The notes under the pieces were generated by a model. It ran no database searches. It was not told where the DNA came from and worked only from the letters and a program-made list of their open reading frames with translations. A program made the position numbers and the translations under genes. From a virus (taxonomy: Duplodnaviria; Caudoviricetes), in the IMG/VR virus record IMGVR_UViG_3300012921_000053, positions 1-40,243 of that record: a stretch of 40,243 nucleotides of DNA. One strand, written 5' to 3'. Below are positions 37,437-40,243 of this stretch, piece after piece; position 1 is the stretch's first letter; each line of letters opens with the position of its first letter.

Positions 37437-37639
37437 GGCGCTGGTTGACGCGGACGGGGCAGGTCGTGCTTGCGGGCGTGGGCCTGCTGCTGGCCGGGGT
37501 TCTCGCGCTGGGCATGCTGACGAACGTCGGTGTCGTCCTCGTGCAATTCGTCTTCGGGTTGCCGGTGCTGATCTGGCTTTTGGGCATCGGTTTCGGGGGC
37601 GTGGGCCTGGTGGTGTGGGCGGTGACGCGGCGCACCTAA
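37433..37639 (+). CDS. Small multi-TM membrane protein
   Basis: 68 aa, almost entirely hydrophobic; ATGA-coupled. Confidence 0.6.
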   Translation: MRRWLTRTGQVVLAGVGLLLAGVLALGMLTNVGVVLVQFVFGLPVLIWLLGIGFGGVGLVVWAVTRRT

Positions 37640-37642
37640 CCC

Positions 37643-37654
37643 CCGTGCGTTGAG
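37643..37654 (+). promoter_or_regulatory. Late promoter motif copy 8
   Basis: CCGTGCGTTGAG, 29 nt before the tailspike ATG. Confidence 0.8.
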
Positions 37655-37683
37655 CCGCGCACCACCACCCGCAATCTGGCCCG

Positions 37684-39732
37684 ATGGCCAGACTGACAAT
37701 CCCCGACGAGCAGACGTTCGCCGAGTTCTCGGTTGTCACGTCCACCACTGACTTCCCGGTCAGTTTCAGCCTGTTCGCCAAGGCGGACCTGACCGTACTG
37801 GTGGACGGCACTGACGTCGGGCAGGCCGCCTTCTCCTTCTCGGGCACGCTGCTGGACGGGGGCGGCTATGACGGGGGCACGGTCGTCCTCAACACGGCGG
37901 TGGACGACGTCACGGTCCGCATTGAACGCAATGTCGCCCCGGCCCGCACCTCCAACTTCGCCCCGGCCGCCAGTACGCCTGTCGGCGCGGTAGATCAGGC
38001 GCTGAACCGCGTCACGGCCGTCCAGCAGGATCACAGCCGTCGGATCGACGACGCTCAGGGCGATCTCGACGACTTCGCCGCTGACGTGGCGCACGTCGAT
38101 GCGCAGGTCGCCGCGGTTCAGGCGATCTTTGGCGTCGCTGGCGAAGTGCAGTCTGGCGCGTCGGTGACGTTCCTGAACGGCGGCACGGGGCCAATCGCGA
38201 CCGACGTGCAGACGAAGCTGCGCATGCTGCCGCGCTCGGTGACGGAATACCTCACCGTTCAGGCGGCGCTGACCGATGCGCACACCAACACCCACGCGCT
38301 GTTCTTTCCTACCGGCCTGATCACCTCCGCCACCGGCCTGTCGGTCGATTTCGACGCCCGCTCTGACGATCCGATGCTGTGGAAGGGCGAGGGCTTTTGC
38401 ATCTCGAACTATGCCAAGGGCTCGACCTTCAAGTTCACCGGTTCGGGTAGCGCGGCGCTGACGTTCATCAACGTCGGCGCCAACACCGACATCCAGAACA
38501 GCCCGTTTGTGCTCGAGGATTTCGCCATAGTCGGCGACAGCCCGAACGCGGCCAAGTCTGACGGCATCATCGGACCCGCCAGCGGCATCCTGGAGTTCCG
38601 GAACATGCTGTCCGCCGATCACGGCGGCCACGGCTACAATCTGACGCGCGGCTATGCGGTCACCATCCGGGGCGGGTTTGTCTTCGGAAACTGGGGCGAC
38701 GGCATTCGCTTCACCGAGGCGGCCAACCGCATCGCGCTGGAAAACGTCACCTCATTCGCCAATGGCCGAGACCCAGCGGTGCTGGGCTCGAACATCCGCA
38801 TCAATTGCGCGTCCAACCCGGCGTTTGGCGCGACGGTCACGAACTGCGACGTCAGCTATGGCGGACGGGACCTGTGCAGCGTGGCGCTCGGCACGTTGAC
38901 CAGTATCGTGGTCTCGGGCGGTGTCGCCACGGCCAACGCGCCGGCCCACGGCCTGACGACGGGCTTCTATGTCTCGCAGATTGGTGGGGCAGTGGATCTG
39001 AACACCACGCCGCGCGCCTTCTTTTCCACGATCACGGTCACCGGGCCGGACACATTCACCTGGGCGACCTCCGCAGCCAACGGCACCTACAACGACGCCG
39101 ACCTGCGCATCAAAACCTACTGCTACGGGTTCCTTGCCGGCGGCCTGTACGGCGCGACCATCCGCGGTCTGTTCTGCGAGGAGCCCTCGGGTTGGGGCGC
39201 GTACTATTCGTCGACGAACTTCGGCGTCCTCCACCACGGCGGGTTCATGCTGCAGGGCTGGATCGGCGTCGAGAACGCCCAGAACGTCGAGGTGGACGGC
39301 GTCCACTTCCGCGGCGCTCGCGCCGGTCTGTACGTCACAGAGGTCAACGACCGCGCGACGAACAATGTCGGGGCGGCAAACACCTTCGTCGACGGCGCCA
39401 CGTTGGTGCTGCCGTCGTTCTACATGCGCAACGGCGTCCGCTACGGCCCCTCGACCCCGACGACCGGCACCTGGGCGGTGGGCGAGTACCTGCTGAACAG
39501 TGCGCCTTCGGCGGCCAACCCGTGGACGAGGCGAGAGTGCGTGACGGCCGGGACGCCCGGCACATTCCGCACGACGGCGTGGATGACCTACAAGGACACG
39601 ACGGCGAACCGCCCGACACTGACCGCGATCGATGTCGGCGTGAGCTATCTCGACACCACCCTCGACGCCGACGGAAAACCGATCACATGGACCGGTACGG
39701 CTTGGGTGGACGCGACCGGAGCTGTCGTCTAA
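37684..39732 (+). CDS. Tail fiber/tailspike with T7-like N-terminal anchor and beta-helix domain
   Basis: FPVSFSLFAKADLTVLVDG anchor; parallel beta-helix repeats; C-terminal TTANRPT...YLDTTL..GKPITWTGTAWVDATG. Confidence 0.85.
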   Translation: MARLTIPDEQTFAEFSVVTSTTDFPVSFSLFAKADLTVLVDGTDVGQAAFSFSGTLLDGGGYDGGTVVLNTAVDDVTVRIERNVAPARTSNFAPAASTPVGAVDQALNRVTAVQQDHSRRIDDAQGDLDDFAADVAHVDAQVAAVQAIFGVAGEVQSGASVTFLNGGTGPIATDVQTKLRMLPRSVTEYLTVQAALTDAHTNTHALFFPTGLITSATGLSVDFDARSDDPMLWKGEGFCISNYAKGSTFKFTGSGSAALTFINVGANTDIQNSPFVLEDFAIVGDSPNAAKSDGIIGPASGILEFRNMLSADHGGHGYNLTRGYAVTIRGGFVFGNWGDGIRFTEAANRIALENVTSFANGRDPAVLGSNIRINCASNPAFGATVTNCDVSYGGRDLCSVALGTLTSIVVSGGVATANAPAHGLTTGFYVSQIGGAVDLNTTPRAFFSTITVTGPDTFTWATSAANGTYNDADLRIKTYCYGFLAGGLYGATIRGLFCEEPSGWGAYYSSTNFGVLHHGGFMLQGWIGVENAQNVEVDGVHFRGARAGLYVTEVNDRATNNVGAANTFVDGATLVLPSFYMRNGVRYGPSTPTTGTWAVGEYLLNSAPSAANPWTRRECVTAGTPGTFRTTAWMTYKDTTANRPTLTAIDVGVSYLDTTLDADGKPITWTGTAWVDATGAVV

Positions 39733-39734
39733 AT

Positions 39735-39799
39735 CCGTCCAACTCGCTGCGTAAGTCTTTGATTTATTACGCACGAACAAACCGCTAACAGTTGGACGG
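39735..39799. promoter_or_regulatory. att arm: inverted 10-bp repeat flanking an IHF consensus site
   Basis: CCGTCCAACT 39735-39744 / AGTTGGACGG 39790-39799; minus-strand AATCAAAGACTTA (39752-39764) fits WATCAANNNNTTR. Confidence 0.65.
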
Positions 39800-39822
39800 T
39801 TGCCAACGATTTCAAAGTGGTC

Positions 39823-39874
39823 CATCTGGTTTGGGACCAGAGGGTCGGAGGTTCGAATCCTCTCACTCCGACCA
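39823..39874 (+). other. Attachment core: 3' portion of tRNA-Pro(TGG)
   Basis: Anticodon arm TCTGG-TTTGGGA-CCAGA, T arm GGTTCGAATCC and CCA end present; 5' acceptor strand and D arm absent. Confidence 0.9.
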
Positions 39875-39937
39875 TCACGTTTTCGGCGATCGCGCGTTGC
39901 GCTGCTTGAGCCGTTGTCGACGAGTCCGGAGCTTCCC

Positions 39938-40243
39938 ATGCTTGCCCGCATCTACCGCCCCGCCAAGACCGCGATGCAGTCCGGAAAGGCCAAGGCGAGA
40001 GACTGGCGTCTGGAGTTCGAGCCGGCATCGGCGCGGACGATCGATCCGCTGATGGGCTGGACCAGTTCGTCGGACATGAACGGCCAGGTGCGGCTGACCT
40101 TCGACACGGCGGAAGAGGCGGTGGCCTATGCCGAGCGGCACGGCATTCCGTTCCGCCTGCACGAGCCGCAGGATCCGCCGGTGATCCTGAAGGCCTACGC
40201 CGACAATTTCGCCACCTTCCGCAAGCAGCCCTGGACGCACTAA
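39938..40243 (+). CDS. Host ETC complex I subunit (NDUFS4-like)
   Basis: ARIYRPAKTAMQSG...DPLMGWTSSSDM..QVRLTF...YADNF. Confidence 0.92.
   Translation: MLARIYRPAKTAMQSGKAKARDWRLEFEPASARTIDPLMGWTSSSDMNGQVRLTFDTAEEAVAYAERHGIPFRLHEPQDPPVILKAYADNFATFRKQPWTH

Larger units (their letters stand above)
1..39874. mobile_element. Temperate podovirus-like prophage integrated at tRNA-Pro (left end outside window)
   Basis: Ordered immunity, replication, lysis, terminase, portal, capsid and tail modules ending at a partial tRNA-Pro followed by a host gene. Confidence 0.95.

Noticed and set aside
16497-37654. CCGTGCGTTGAG repeats as a CRISPR array or transposon ends
   Set aside because: Only 12 bp, spaced 0.4-9 kb apart and positioned before genes; no cas operon or transposase
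37684-39732. BPP-1-type diversity-generating retroelement acting on the tail fiber
   Set aside because: No reverse transcriptase motif and no template/variable repeat pair seen in the window
39823-39874. Intact tRNA-Pro gene
   Set aside because: 5' acceptor strand and D arm are missing; it is the att duplication

Overview
The window is almost entirely one temperate prophage in a GC-rich alphaproteobacterial host (Caulobacter/Brevundimonas-like, inferred from gene content). It is integrated at tRNA-Pro(TGG): a 3'-only tRNA copy (att core) lies at 39823-39874, followed by a host ETC complex I subunit gene. The left end and integrase are outside the window. Gene order: leftward early genes, cI/cro switch with TGTAC-N7-GTACA operators, recombination/replication module (RusA, AlpA, AAA ATPase, SSB, exonuclease, HNH, helicase, primase-polymerase), iteron-like repeat region, putative terS, fiber, lysis, an accessory enzyme cluster, GTA-type head spikes, terL, then a podovirus-type (BPP-1/T7-like) portal, capsid, tail tube, ejection proteins and tailspike. 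Two observations stand out. (1) Three consecutive, translationally coupled genes (9002-10103) encode stand-alone DNA-binding domains resembling the Caulobacter master cell-cycle regulators CtrA, DnaA and GcrA. (2) A 12-bp motif, CCGTGCGTTGAG, occurs 8 times, always on the + strand in the late region, and five copies sit 29-31 nt before an ATG, suggesting a phage-specific late promoter class producing mostly leaderless mRNAs. All protein calls come from motif recognition by eye; no database searches were run.
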